Shown here: positions 26,488-40,346 of the stretch, one piece after another
Position numbering within the stretch: the first letter of the stretch is position 1
Layout: each line of letters begins with the position of its first letter
Position numbers and translations under genes: made by a program
Notes under the pieces: model-generated
Seen by the model: only the letters and a program-made list of their open reading frames with translations
Database searches by the model: none
Told to the model about the DNA's origin: nothing
NCBI GenBank assembly: GCA_951406725.2
Contig: OX597842.1
Span: 33,728,001-33,792,000 of the forward strand
Length of the DNA: 64,000 bases
Source of the DNA: Octopus vulgaris
Taxonomy: Eukaryota
Direction: 5' to 3'

Positions 26488-27197
26488 CATGCTAGCACAT
26501 GTATGTATGACAATACGTATATTTGAATGTAGACAAAACATGAGTGTATGTGTGTGTATGGTTTGCTAGTCGCTGTACACTTCTAGGTACCAAAATGTAA
26601 TCGGTTCAAAAGTGCCATCGCCGAATATATATATAATATATACATGTGTGTGGGTAGCTATATATATATATATATATATATATACGCACATGTATAAATA
26701 GTTGAATATCTTTAATAAGTTTTATATATCTTTATACACACACAGTTTTTCCTACACACAAATAGATATACAGCTACACAGACAGAGAAAGATATATATA
26801 TATATATATATATACATTAGTTTATACACGTGTTAATGTAGACTATATAATATATATGTATAGAAGTCATACAAATATATATTTTTTTATAAAACGTACG
26901 GATAATATAAATAAATACACACGCACACACTCGTTGTTGCATTTGTGTAGATATTGGGCCGCTAGTGTTTGAGTTTTTCTCTTTAAGTGATCATCGAGTC
27001 TCCGTGTAATAATGTAGAAATTTCATACAACATATGAAATAGCTTAGTATCATTAAACACACACAAACTGTTTGTGTATATATATATATATATATATATA
27101 TACATGCATATTTACACACACACACACATACACGCACACATACATTTGTTTGTAAATAAGAGTGTGTGTGTATTTCTTTAGACAGAGACATATACTC

Positions 27198-27249
<52 letters not shown>

Positions 27250-27654
27250 TACATATATACACGTATATATACATATATATATACGTACATATATATACAT
27301 ATACATACATACAAATATATATACTATATATATACATATATATATATATATATAACATATATATATACGTACATATATATATTTATATATGTACATATAC
27401 ACATATATATAGCTATATATATGCACATATATATATATACATACATATATATGTATGTATTTATATATATATACGTATATATATAGCTATATATATGCAC
27501 ATATATATATACATACATATATATGTATGTATTTATATATATATACGTACATATGCATATATATATAGGTATATATATATATATATACACACACACATAT
27601 ATATAAACATATATACATACATATGCATACAAATATATACATATATGCATATAC

Positions 27655-27703
<49 letters not shown>

Positions 27704-27858
27704 CGTATATATAATATTTGTTATTGTTTCGAGTTTATATATAAAAATGAATTTGCAATCTTCTATTTCCTGTATTCTTTGGTGTTAAACACCTTGTTAT
27801 TAACATGAAAGCCATCATATATATATATATATATATATATGTGTATGTATATATATAT

Positions 27859-27889
<31 letters not shown>

Positions 27890-27902
27890 CTCATATATAC
27901 CT

Positions 27903-27960
<58 letters not shown>

Positions 27961-28468
27961 CGATTTAAATTAATACATACATATATACATTGATATATAT
28001 GTATATATAAATATATATACGTAAGCGCAAGCAAATTTATTCATACAAATACACATGCATACATATATATTCGTACAATTTATTTGTCGTACGTACATAC
28101 ATGTATTGATAGATACGCACATTTATACATCGCTGCATACACTCATATACACACATTCATACATACATGTATACAGTTATATCCGCGGACACACATTTTC
28201 ATACATATACTCTTCGTATCCACACAGGCATACATTTACATATACATACATCCAGACGTAGACACATGCATACAAACACGTATGCATAAACACTTTTTCA
28301 TACATACACCATTTTACATAGATAGAGGCATACATTTCTGAATACTTTTATACATACATGCACAAATTTACACAGACCTGCTGACAGTTATATACACATA
28401 AATAAACACATTTTCTGTGAACCTACGTATATATATATATTTGTGTATTTTTAGTTAGGTTTATGCTT

Positions 28469-28523
<55 letters not shown>

Positions 28524-28664
28524 GCTATATGTGTATGTATGTAGAACGTGAGAATTTTGAACGAGAATGTCACTAATGCGAAATACTTGTTCAACAAACA
28601 ATAATTTTGTAATCCAACATCGAAAACAAAAATTCCTTCAGAACTTGAGAATTTCAATAACAAA

Positions 28665-28798
28665 CAATATAACAACAACAACAAAGAGCAACAAGAGATG
28701 ATGGCAACAACAATAATAATAACAACCTTTTCTGTTATGATGATGATGGCGAATAATAATAATAATAATTATATAATAATAATAATAATAATAATAAT

Positions 28799-28835
<37 letters not shown>

Positions 28836-28941
28836 TGATGATGATGGCAATAATAATAATAATAATAACCTAATTCTGTTATAGGCATAAGGTCCGGAAT
28901 TTGAGAGGATTCACATTGAATAATAATAATAATAATTATAC

Positions 28942-29001
<60 letters not shown>

Positions 29002-29090
29002 TGATAATAATAATAATGATGATAATAATAATAATAATAATAATAATGATGATAATAATAATAATCGTGATAATAATATTAATAATCGTG

Positions 29091-29135
<45 letters not shown>

Positions 29136-29138
29136 GTG

Positions 29139-29184
<46 letters not shown>

Positions 29185-29210
29185 TAATAATAATAATAAT
29201 AATAATAATG
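28665..29210. repeat. (AAT)n/(GAT)n/(AAC)n trinucleotide microsatellite block
   Basis: Read directly. Source of the poly-N, poly-I and poly-L ORFs. Confidence 0.95.
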
Positions 29211-29361
29211 GTTTAGGTTTCAAATTTTTTGCCACAAGTGCAGCAATTTGGTGGGGGGTGGGCATGAGTCGGTTACATCGACACCATTCTTCAACTGGTA
29301 TTTATTTTATCGGCCCTGAAAGGGGTGAAAGGCAAAGTGGACCTTGGCGGAACTTGAACTC
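29210..29361 (-). mobile_element. SINE family B, 3' part
   Basis: Plus strand ACTGGTATTTATTTTATCGGCCCTGAAAGGGGTGAAAGGCAAAGTGGACC. Confidence 0.7.
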
Positions 29362-29531
29362 AACAACAACAATAATAATATCAATAATAGTAATAACAAT
29401 AATGATAATAATAATTTATTTCTCACAAGTGTAAGGATCTTATTTATCGTTTTATAAGAAAAAAAAAAGGCGTGCAAAACTGAAATAGTTTTTTCGGTGG
29501 GTCTGAAGGGTTTTATGATAATCGCTAAAAG

Positions 29532-29565
<34 letters not shown>

Positions 29566-29566
<1 letters not shown>

Positions 29567-29781
29567 CCTTTCTACTAGAGGCACAAGGCCCCAATTTGCG
29601 GAGGAGGTGGGGACTAGTCGATTACATCGACCCTGGTGTTTAACTGGTACTAATTTTATCGACCTCGAAACGATACAAGGTGGAGTCGATCTCGGCGGAA
29701 TTCGAACTCAGAATGTAGTGACGGGTGAAATATCGCTAAGCATTTCATCCGGCGCGCTAACGATTCTGCCAGCTCACCGCC
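29566..29781 (-). mobile_element. SINE family B (full length)
   Basis: Complete copy flanked by (AAT)n on both sides. Confidence 0.85.
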
Positions 29782-29783
29782 TA

Positions 29784-29814
<31 letters not shown>

Positions 29815-29904
29815 GTAAAGGTGTTGGTGTTGGTAGTGATGTGGTATTGGTTGCTTTTTTTTTATTGGCCACAAGGGCCCAAGACTTTGAGGGGAATATC
29901 AAAG

Positions 29905-30110
29905 GATGAAATGGAAAGAGATGAGGATGGTGATGATGAAAAGAGAGAATGATGGTGATGAATGAAGATGAAAAAGATTATGCAGATTATGGTGATGATG
30001 ATGATGAGGAGGAGGAGGAGGAGGATGGTGATGATCAGGGAAATTGAAGAATACTGTGACGAATGAAAAGAATGAAAACGAAGAAAAAAGAGGAGGAAAA
30101 GAAGAAAAGT

Positions 30111-30151
<41 letters not shown>

Positions 30152-30530
30152 AGATGATGATGATATTGATGAATTTGGAAGAAGAGGTCGATAGCGGTGA
30201 AGAAAAAGAAGGAAAGACAAATAAGGAGAAAATGATGGTGATGATGATGATGATGATTAAGAAGGTGAAAGAGAAGAAGGTGAAGAAGAAGAAAAGTAAA
30301 GAGGGAAGATGATGATGATGATGATGATGGAGTAGAATAAGATGATGCTGTAAAAGATAATGATGATGACGATGATTAAGAAGAAGAAGAAGAAAAAGAG
30401 GAAGAAGAAGAAAGAAGAAGAAGAAGAAGAAGACAAAGAAGAAAAATAAGAGTAGTAGGAGGAGGAGGGGGAGGGGAAAAAGAAGAAGAAGACGAAAGCG
30501 AAGAACAAATCAGAAATGAAGAAGAAAAAA
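29905..30530. repeat. Purine-rich low-complexity (GAT/GAA/GAG/TAG)n tract
   Basis: Read directly. Frequent stops in the acidic-looking frame. Confidence 0.85.
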
Positions 30531-31217
30531 TTGGATTTCCTTCGCAAGGAAACAACGACAAAATTTCGCGGGTACACAAACAAATAGCTAAAATCCACCC
30601 CGATTAATTTTTTTTTTTACAGGTATCAGACCAATAACATTTATTGCGGGATGGGAAATAACCACCAACAATTTCATAACCCCCCCGCCTCAACCACCAC
30701 CCCGCACCCAACCCCCAGTATATAACTGCTACCGTTTATTTCAGCGCCTGACATACCGCCCGCCCGCCCGCCCCCACCCCAACTTGCCACTCGACTATGA
30801 AATGATGAGAAGTGATGTAAAGTCTATTTGACCTCGGCGACATTTGAACTCAAAGCGTTTAGAATCCGGGGGAACAAATATCACGACAACGAACCACGTC
30901 TTTTCTGGGGGGAAGTGGGGGGGGGGGGGTAGTCGTCATTTATTTTATTTATTTTTTTTTTTTTAATTAAGGCAGGACGTCCATATTTCAAGGAAAGAAA
31001 GATCACCATTTTGCTTTATTTGTTTGCTTGCTTGTTTTTTGATATTTTTATCATTATTATTATTATTATTATTATTATCATTATTATTATTACTATTTTT
31101 ATTATTTTATTTATTTTTATTGATAATCATCAATACATGATTGTTACTCTCATTTATCGATCAGGTCGGATGAAAGACAAACGTCGACCTCAGGAGAATT
31201 AGATCTCAAAATAATAC

Positions 31218-31259
<42 letters not shown>

Positions 31260-31299
31260 CAACAACATACGCGGCAGCAACAACGGCAACTCCCTAATA

Positions 31300-32700
31300 A
31301 TATAACTGATTTATGATGTAAGCACGTGTCCCTTTTTTGGAGAGGAGGGCTAAATCTGATTCATTAACCCCTAGAAATTTAGCAACGACCCCTTAAAGGT
31401 TGACATATCAAACGTGATCCCTTGGGGATGCATTTCCACTGCACATAATAATGATAAATATAATTTATTACTTAAGCACATGTCTTCAATTTCTTGGGAG
31501 GGATAAATTGATTTCATTAACCCCTAATAATTTCCTAGGGTTTCTATTTTATCGAACCCCTTGAATAATGACAGAATGCAAAATTCGATCGAAAGAGGGA
31601 TCTCTACTTAAACATAGCGATCAAGATGATTTATATTTTAAGCACACGTCCCCGATTTCGGGAAATGATTAATCGATTTTTATTAACCCCTAGTAAATTG
31701 TTAGGGATTCATTTTATCGATCTCTTGAACGATGAAATATTAAATTTGATCCCTAGGGAGATCTCAAATGTGCATAACGATAAATATGATTTATACGCAT
31801 TTAAGCACATGCCCTTACTTATAAAGGAGGGGACATTTAGGGACATTTTAGGTCTCAAGTAGCCCCTAATAATTTCCTTGGACTCTGTTTTATCAATCCC
31901 CGAATAATGGAATATTATATTCTATACCCAAAGGAATTTGAGATATACGAAATAATAAGAAGGGTTTCTATTTTAAACACGTCTTCGAATTTGTGGGAGG
32001 GTTAAATCTACTCCATTAACCCCTAAACATTTGAGAGGGCTCTCTTTTATCAACCCCCAGAAGAATCAATAACAACGAATATAATTGCTCCCCACCCCAG
32101 GGGAGATATAAACTTAACAATGATCAAAATTATTATTATTATTATTATTGTAATGGACTAAGCGCCCGCATCAAAATTTCAGGCCTTGTGTCTATAGTAG
32201 AAAGGATTATTATTAGTATTAGTATCATCATTATTATTATTATTAAGACAGCAAGCTGGCAGAATCGTTAGCACGCCGGACGTAATACTTAGCGATATTT
32301 CGTCTGCTGCTACGTTTTGAGTTCAAATTCTGCCGAAGTCGACTTTGCCTTTTCCCCTTTCGGGGGTCGATAAATTAAGTACCAGTGAAATCGACTGGGG
32401 CTTTCTCCACAAATTTGAGGCTTTGTACCTCCAATAGGAAGTATTATTATTAAATATTTCGAGCGCACGTCCCCGATTTGGGGCAGAGGGAAAAAAACCC
32501 ACGATTCCTAATGACCCTTACTAATTAAGTAAACCTTAATTTTATCGAACCCTTCAAGGATAAAATGCAAAATTTTCTCCCCAGAATCTATTGAACCGCA
32601 AATACATATCAATTAATACTTAACCCTTTGAATTTGTAGGATGGAAACGTCATTTTCTGTTGACCCCTAAATATTTACAAGGGCTCCGTTTTATCATAAC
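31300..32700 (-). repeat. Old degenerate tandem array (~155-175 bp unit, about 7 units) related to the SINE-B 3' half
   Basis: AAGCAC...GGGAGGG...TTAACCCCTA...TTTTATCGA recurs at ~31320, 31474, 31640, 31803, 31975, 32462 and ~32620. Confidence 0.6.
32247..32441 (+). mobile_element. SINE family B
   Basis: GCTGGCAGAATCGTTAGCACGCCGG...GAGTTCAAATTC...GGGGTCGATAAATTAAGTACCAG. Flanked by (ATT)n. Confidence 0.85.
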
Positions 32701-33509
32701 TGTCATAGGTTTCAGCCATTATAGGCCCAGGCTATGCCTAACTTAATAGCACCACCAGATGAAGTCTTTTAGTCATATGTGGGGCACTGTGGCCCACTCT
32801 AGCAAAGAGTTGCTATTGTTGCAGAAATATCCGGGTGTAGGAGGTTGGTCTGGGATCTTTTGGAGAAATTTGGTCGGAGAACTTTTGAATTTTATGGGAT
32901 CCGTTTCCGTTTTGACGGATTTTGGTACAATATTAAAGAGGGTTGTACCGACTGAGGAAAAATAGCTGTGTCTTAAATGTTGTTATGTGGCCTGAGTTCG
33001 GATTTTGTAGGGGGGATTACACGGGGGGGGGGCGAGACTTGGGAAGATTTTAAAATTGATGCTGCTAAGCATTTCGACCACCGTGTTAAAGATTCAACTA
33101 GCTCACCGTCTTAATGATGATGATGATGATAATAATAATGATGTTGATGGTAATGATAATGATGATTTCAATAATTTTCTTGATGATAATGTGCTAATTG
33201 CAGTTAATATTTTTGTTGTTTATTTTTTATTATAATTAAAATTCTAATTAAATGTTCGTATATAATCTATTCCAAGATTCTTATACATGTGTGTGTATGT
33301 GTGTAGATAGATACATACATACATACACACACACATATATATGCATATACATACACACATACATACATACAAAATATATCGATAGATAGATGAGTTTCTG
33401 TGTGTATATGTAAGACTGTGCGTCTGTATATATATGTATTTGTACAAAAGTTTGAGTGTGTGTGTGATATATATATACAAATATATACACATCCACACAT
33501 CTATATATC

Positions 33510-33546
<37 letters not shown>

Positions 33547-33587
33547 CGTCACATATATGTGTTTTTATAATACATTCAGACTTATCT

Positions 33588-33619
<32 letters not shown>

Positions 33620-33645
33620 TATGTATTATATATTTAAACATATTC

Positions 33646-33679
<34 letters not shown>

Positions 33680-33695
33680 TATATATATAAACATA

Positions 33696-33853
<158 letters not shown>

Positions 33854-33886
33854 CTTAGATATGATTGTGCTTGCATATAAATATTA

Positions 33887-33931
<45 letters not shown>

Positions 33932-34168
33932 ATACATGCATATATATGGAGATATATACGGGTTTGTCTGTATACACTCATTCTTACACACTCTCACAGT
34001 CTCATAAATGCTTTATCAGGGCGGCTTAGCTTTATGCGAAAAAGTGAAGTTGCTATTTTTTTTTCCCGCCTCGCTCTGTTGTGTTGCAAATTTAGCAATG
34101 GGATACACAGCAATCATGCACATACAAACACAAAAAACGCATACACGCACTGAGCAATATATACATAC

Positions 34169-34221
<53 letters not shown>

Positions 34222-34493
34222 TTAGAGACAAATCCCTGTAAGTTTGGATTTATTCCCTAATATTTATTATTATTATATATATATATATATATATATATAC
34301 ATACATACATACACACGTGTGTGTGTGTAAGATTCGCATGTATATGTGTGTTTGTTATACATTTTTTATTATGTATGCGTGTTATATTTATATTTTTTAT
34401 ATATATTATACATACATTATATGAAGCTATTTAAATATATATGAGTGTATATATTTTATAAATGGATATTCTATATACACAACCATATTCTTG

Positions 34494-34530
<37 letters not shown>

Positions 34531-34583
34531 TCACTGATATTTTATATCCTCATATATGTGTAAGTATATATATATTTATACAA

Positions 34584-34616
<33 letters not shown>

Positions 34617-34869
34617 AGTATGTATATGAGTATATATACATATGTGTGCGTGAATATATATCTATGTGTATATATTTGTGTGTATATTTAAATTTTTTTA
34701 ATGTATATATTACACATGTACGTACACTTAATTTATATAATATATATCTTGTGTATATCCATGAATGTACATGTGTGTGTATATACATACATATTTTCAA
34801 ATATACACATATATGTATATATAAACTAAGGTGGCTTTTAGCAATTCAGAACCGATACCTATCGGTTCT

Positions 34870-35004
<135 letters not shown>

Positions 35005-35681
35005 TATATACGTATATTAAGAACATACATTGGAACTTTAGGTGTGTGTATATGAATGCCTATACACACATATTTATATTTATATATATATATATATACA
35101 TATATCAAATTTTTTATTTACCTGAAGCCAAAAATACTATCTTAAATTACGTCGCACTTTCAAATCATGTGACGGTCATCTTATATTCAATTTTTTTTTT
35201 GCAGTTTTTACCTTTCAATCCCCTCGTGGGGTATCGATTAAATATCCTACCAATTAACCAGCCACGTAATTACTAGCTTCCATCATTACCTGCAGTGAAT
35301 AGCCCGTCCCACCTTATTTGATCACGTGCGCTTAAAAACAAAAAATCTGCATCATTTTTACCTCATCGTTTTCAGATCAAATCCATCTTAGCTCAGACTT
35401 CGTATTCATTTCTCCAGGGGCCATAAAAAATCTCAATCATTTCGAAAATTGAGATCTGTTAAATTTTTCCGGGCACTTAATTTCTCTATCAGAATTCGTA
35501 GTAATTATTCCTTTAAAGTGATACGGTTCCGCGCGTGACCTTCACCACAGGATTTTTTTTATTCATCCCTTATAATATCTGTAAAATCATCCCCCCTTTT
35601 TCTTCCTTTTTTTTTGACAAGGAATGGATTATAATTAGCATAATTATCATTATTATTATTATTGTTATTATTATGATTCTG

Positions 35682-35807
35682 TCCAGGTCAGCTTTGCCTT
35701 TCATCCATTCGGAGTCGATAAATTAAGTACCAGTGAAACACTGGGGTCGATGTAATCGACTCATCTCCACCCCCAAAATTGTTGCCCTTGTGACAAAATT
35801 TGAAAAC
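35682..35807 (+). mobile_element. SINE family B, 3' part
   Basis: CTTTGCCTTTCATCCATTCGGAGTCGATAAATTAAGTACCAGTGAAACACTGGGGTCGATG. Confidence 0.8.
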
Positions 35808-36027
35808 ACTCTTTACTCTTTTTACTCTTTTACTTGTTTCAGTCATTTGACTGCGGCCATGCTGGAGCACCGCCTTTTAGTCGAGCAAATCGACCCCGGG
35901 ACTTATTCTTTGAAAGCCCAGTACTTATTCTATCGGTCTCTTTTAGCCGAACCGCTAAGTGACAGGGACGTAAACACACCAGCATCGGTTGTCAAGCAAT
36001 GCTAGGGGGACAAACACAGACACACAA

Positions 36028-36060
<33 letters not shown>

Positions 36061-36231
36061 CATATATACGACAGGCTTCTTTCAGTTTCCGTCTGCCAAA
36101 TCCACTCACAAGGCATTGGTCGGCCCGGGGCTATAGCAGAAGACACTTGCCCAAGGTGCCACGCAGTGGGACTGAACCCGGAACCATGTGGTTGGTTAGC
36201 AAGCTACTTACCACACAGCCACTCCTGCGCC
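35808..36231 (-). mobile_element. SINE family A (full length)
   Basis: Complete reverse-complement copy. Confidence 0.92.
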
Positions 36232-36253
36232 TATTATTATTATTATTATTATT

Positions 36254-36460
36254 GCGGCGAGCTGGCAGAGTCGTTAGCACGCCGGGCGAAATGCTTAGCG
36301 GCATTTCGTCTGCCGCTACGTTCTGAGTTCAAATTCCGCCGAGGTCCACTTCGCTTTTCATCCTTTCAGGGTCGATTAAATAAGTACCGGTTACGCACTG
36401 GAGTCGATGTAATCGACTTAATTCCCTCCCTCAGGCAGCGCTTGTAGCAATATTTGAAAT
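36254..36460 (+). mobile_element. SINE family B (full length)
   Basis: GCGGCGAGCTGGCAGAGTCGTTAGC head, B-box-like GAGTTCAAATTCC, Nin-like domain. Confidence 0.85.
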
Positions 36461-36672
36461 AATTACTACTATTACTACTACTACAACTACTACTTTGATG
36501 GGATGCTAGATTAGAAAAGTTTTCGAGAAATCGATTCACAGATTTTAACGATGAAACTTCGCTATCAGATGCAAAAATCCGACTCAGCTTTGTATATCTC
36601 TCGAAGCTAATAAAAAGTACCAGTGATAAACTGGGGTATGTTTCATATACCTGAGGTTGATAGAATAAGACA

Positions 36673-38090
36673 GCAGTGATATACTGGGGTAGATTTAATA
36701 TTCCTCTAAAACATCCAAGATGTCAATGGAATTATAATAGAAGACTAACACTAACTTTACCTTTCATTGTTGTGGGGTTGATAAAATAAAGTAGCAGTGA
36801 TATACTGGGGTAGATTTAATATTCCTATAAAACACCCAAGATGTCAATGGAATTATAATAGAAGACTAACACCAACTTTACCTTTCATTGTTGTGGGGTG
36901 GATAAAATAAAGTAGCAGTGATATACTGGGGTAGATTTAATATTCCTCTAAAACATCCAAGATGTCAATGGAATTATAATAGAAGACTAACACCAACTTT
37001 ACCTTTCATTGTTGTGGGGTGGATAAAATAAAGTAGCAGTGATATACTGGGGTAGATTTAATATTCCTATAAAACATCTGAGATGTCAATGGAATTATAA
37101 TAGAAGACTAACACTAACTTTACCTTTCATTGTTGTGGGGTTGATAAAATAAAGTAGCAGTGATATACTGGGGTAGATTTAATATTCCTCTAAAACATCC
37201 AAGATGTCAATGGAATTATAATAGAAGACTAACACTAACTTTACCTTTCATTGTTGTGGGGTTGATAAAATAAAGTAGCAGTGATATACTGGGGTAGATT
37301 TAATATTCCTATAAAACACCCAAGATGTCAATGGAATTATAATAGAAGACTAACACCAACTTTACCTTTCATTGTTGTGGGGTGGATAAAATAAAGTAGC
37401 AGTGATATACTGGGGTAGATTTAATATTCCTCTAAAACATCCAAGATGTCAATGGAATTATAATAGAAGACTAACACCAACTTTACCTTTCATTGTTGTG
37501 GGGTGGATAAAATAAAGTAGCAGTGATATACTGGGTTAGATTTAATATTCCTCTAAAACATCCAAGATGTCAATGGAATTATAATAGAAGACTAACACTA
37601 ACTTTACCTTTCATTGTTGTGGGGTTGATAAAATAAAGTAGCAGTGATATACTGGGGTAGATTTAATATTCCTATAAAACATCCAAGATGTCAATGGAAT
37701 TATAAAAGAAGACTAACACCAACTTTACCTTTCATTGTTGTGGGGTGGATAAAATAAAGTAGCAGTGATATACTGGGGTAGATTTAATATTCCTCTAAAA
37801 CATCGAAGATGTCAATGGAATTATAATAGAAGACTAACACCAACTTTACCTTTCATTGTTGTGGGGTGGATAAAATAAAGTAGCAGTGATATGCTGGAGT
37901 AGATTTAATATTCCTCTAAAACATCGAAGATGTCAATGGAATTATAATAGAAGACTAACACTAACTTTACCTTTCATTGTTGTGGGGTTGATAAAATAAA
38001 GTAGCAGTGATATACTGGGGTTGATTTAATATTCCTATAAACCATGCAAGATATCAATGGAATTATAATAGAAGACTAACACTAACTTTA
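36673..38090 (+). repeat. 121-bp tandem satellite/minisatellite, ~11.7 units
   Basis: GCAGTGATAT at 36673, 36794, 36915 and on to 38004, with exact 121-bp period and only a few variable positions. Confidence 0.97.
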
Positions 38091-38385
38091 AACAACAACA
38101 GTAACTACAGACACCAATATTAACTACTATACTATACATTAGATAACGTAGTCCTAGATACACTTGGTCTGAATAATTGAGGGGATGGTCACAGTTGGAA
38201 CATCTTTGATAATAGGTCTGCCTCGATCAGGCCTGACCTGGCGTTAAACAACAACAACTATAGCTACATTAGATAATGTAGTCCTAGATACACTTTGAAT
38301 TATCAGATGGAATGGCCACAGCCGGAAAATCTGTGATCAGATATCTGCGAGGATCACAAGAGGCCTGGGGCTAAACCACAATAAA
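38088..38385 (-). repeat. Two units of a ~155-bp dispersed tandem repeat
   Basis: TACATTAGATAA(C/T)GTAGTCCTAGATACAC occurs twice. Reverse complement of the 50490-51050 unit. Confidence 0.75.
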
Positions 38386-38566
38386 ACACTGATATATTAT
38401 TCAATATTAATATACTGCCTGTTCTTATCTCCTCCTCCTCCATCACCCTTCCGCCCTCTCCCCCTCCCTCTGGGTCAGATCTAATCTTTCATTTAAACTG
38501 TTTATTTAAAACTCACCCCAATTAGAACTCAATTGATTTATATATATGTGTATATACATATATATG

Positions 38567-38620
<54 letters not shown>

Positions 38621-38628
38621 TATATGTA

Positions 38629-40023
38629 TTTCGTTTTTCGGTTTCTCTTGTTTCAGCTCAGAGCTGCGGCCATGCTGATGCACCGCCATTTTGTGGTACA
38701 CTGTTATTACGAAGAACCTCGTCTAATATGTGGAACTTGGTGAAGAATGGAGTTTGATATAGCTACTCTCATTTGCACCTCTTGCCGAGAGGTAGGTTCA
38801 TCTGGGACTCTCGACAGGAAGATGCCCAGCTTTGATTTAAAAACCGCTACATCTACTTTGTGCAAGTTCCTCAGACTCTTTGGGAGAATATTAAAAAGCT
38901 GTGGGCCCTTGAAACCTAGGCTGTTGCAGTAGCTAGTCCTGAAGCATGATGGCATTGCTGGGATCTTTGGCACTATGCAGTGTCGTCCCGTTCTAGCATT
39001 GGTGTAGCTTACAATGCCAAAATTTGGCACAATTCCTTCCAGGATCTTCCAGATATATATTACTGCATACCTCTCCCGTCTTCTCTCCAGGGAGTAGAGT
39101 CTTAGCTGTTTCAACCTTTTCCAGTAGCTGAGCTGTTGCAAAGAGATGATCTTCTTTGTGAATCTTCTCTGGATTGCTTCAAGGTCCGCTGTTAATTTCA
39201 CACTGGTGGGTGACCATAGCTGTGAGCAGTAATCCAGGCGGCTGAGGACGAATGTCCGCCAGTGGACCATCATGGTTTCTTTATCTCTGGTTCTGAATGT
39301 TCGTAGGATCCAGCCAGCCAGTCGTCTGCACTTTGTCGCCATCCTGGTAATGTGCACTTGGAAAGAGGTATCATCACTCATCTCGATACCCAAGTCCCTC
39401 ACAGACTTAGGCTCTGGGATTGAAATTCCCTGTGGACCAGTGTATCCTGTAAGTTTAATATTCAGTTTTGGATGCTGGTAGCGCAGGGCCTGGAATTTTT
39501 CAGCATTAAACTGCATATTATTATCCTCAGCCCATCTGTAGATTGAGTCCAACTCCTACTGCAGGTGTGCAACATCGCTGGTATTCTGTATTTTCTGCGA
39601 GACTTTCGTATTGTCTGCATAGCTTGCCAGAGTGGCTATCCGGGCATATCTGAGAGGGCCACTATAAAAAGCAGTGGTCCCAAGACAGTGCCCTGTGGAA
39701 CACCGCTCACTATTTGTGTGTTCATAGAGGTGGCTCCATTAACCACTACTGCCTGACTCATATCTTTCAGGAAGTCATGTAACCACACTCCAAGTTTTCC
39801 AGCTATGCCGAGGTCACGCAGTTTGTGGCATATCATACCATGATCCACCTTGTCAAAAGCTTTTGCAAAATCAAGGTAGATTACGTCCACATGTGATTTG
39901 TTGAGTAACTGCCTCAACACCCAGTCATGATGTTGTAAGAACTGGGTGAGGCAGCTCCTACCTGGTCCAAGACCATGCTGGGTATCACTCAGCAAGTTAT
40001 TTTCCTCAAGGAATACGATCAGA
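38629..40023 (-). mobile_element. 5'-truncated, disrupted CR1/L2-group LINE (reverse transcriptase and C-terminus of ORF2, 3' UTR)
   Basis: RT motifs QHG..PGRSC, YLDFAKAFDKVDH, GVPQGTVLGPLLF, YADNTK (for YADD), DLG, LDYCSQLWSP, LYSLERRR. Frameshift at ~39640 and in-frame TAG at ~39557. Confidence 0.95.
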
Positions 40024-40084
40024 TATAATTTTAGTAGAGAGCAATATACATTACATTTTGTTCTCTTAACCGACTAAATAAACG

Positions 40085-40129
<45 letters not shown>

Positions 40130-40131
40130 AT

Positions 40132-40346
40132 GGCGGTGAGGTGAATGAATAGTTAGCTCGCCGGATAAAATGCTTAGTGGAATTTCGTCCGTCTTTATGT
40201 TCTGAGTTCAAATGTCGTGAAGGTCCACTTTGCTTTTCATCATTTCGACATCGACAAAAAATGTACCAATCAAACTCCGGGGTCGATGTAATCAATTAGA
40301 AAACCTCGACCCCTACAATTTCAGACCTTGTGCCCAAAATAGAAAT
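40132..40346 (+). mobile_element. SINE family B (diverged), with a more decayed copy at ~40397-40645
   Basis: GGCGGTGAG head after (ATT)n, CTTTGCTTTTCATC, GGGGTCGATGTAATC. Confidence 0.75.

Noticed and set aside
28901-30598. Poly-Asn and acidic low-complexity ORFs
   Set aside because: Trinucleotide microsatellites running into SINE-B, with stops in the acidic frame.
36673-38090. CRISPR-like regular array
   Set aside because: Whole 121-bp units repeat with no unique spacers, there are no cas genes, and the context is eukaryotic.
38707-39995. Intact functional reverse transcriptase gene
   Set aside because: 5'-truncated, frameshifted, with an internal stop and the catalytic YADD changed to YADN.
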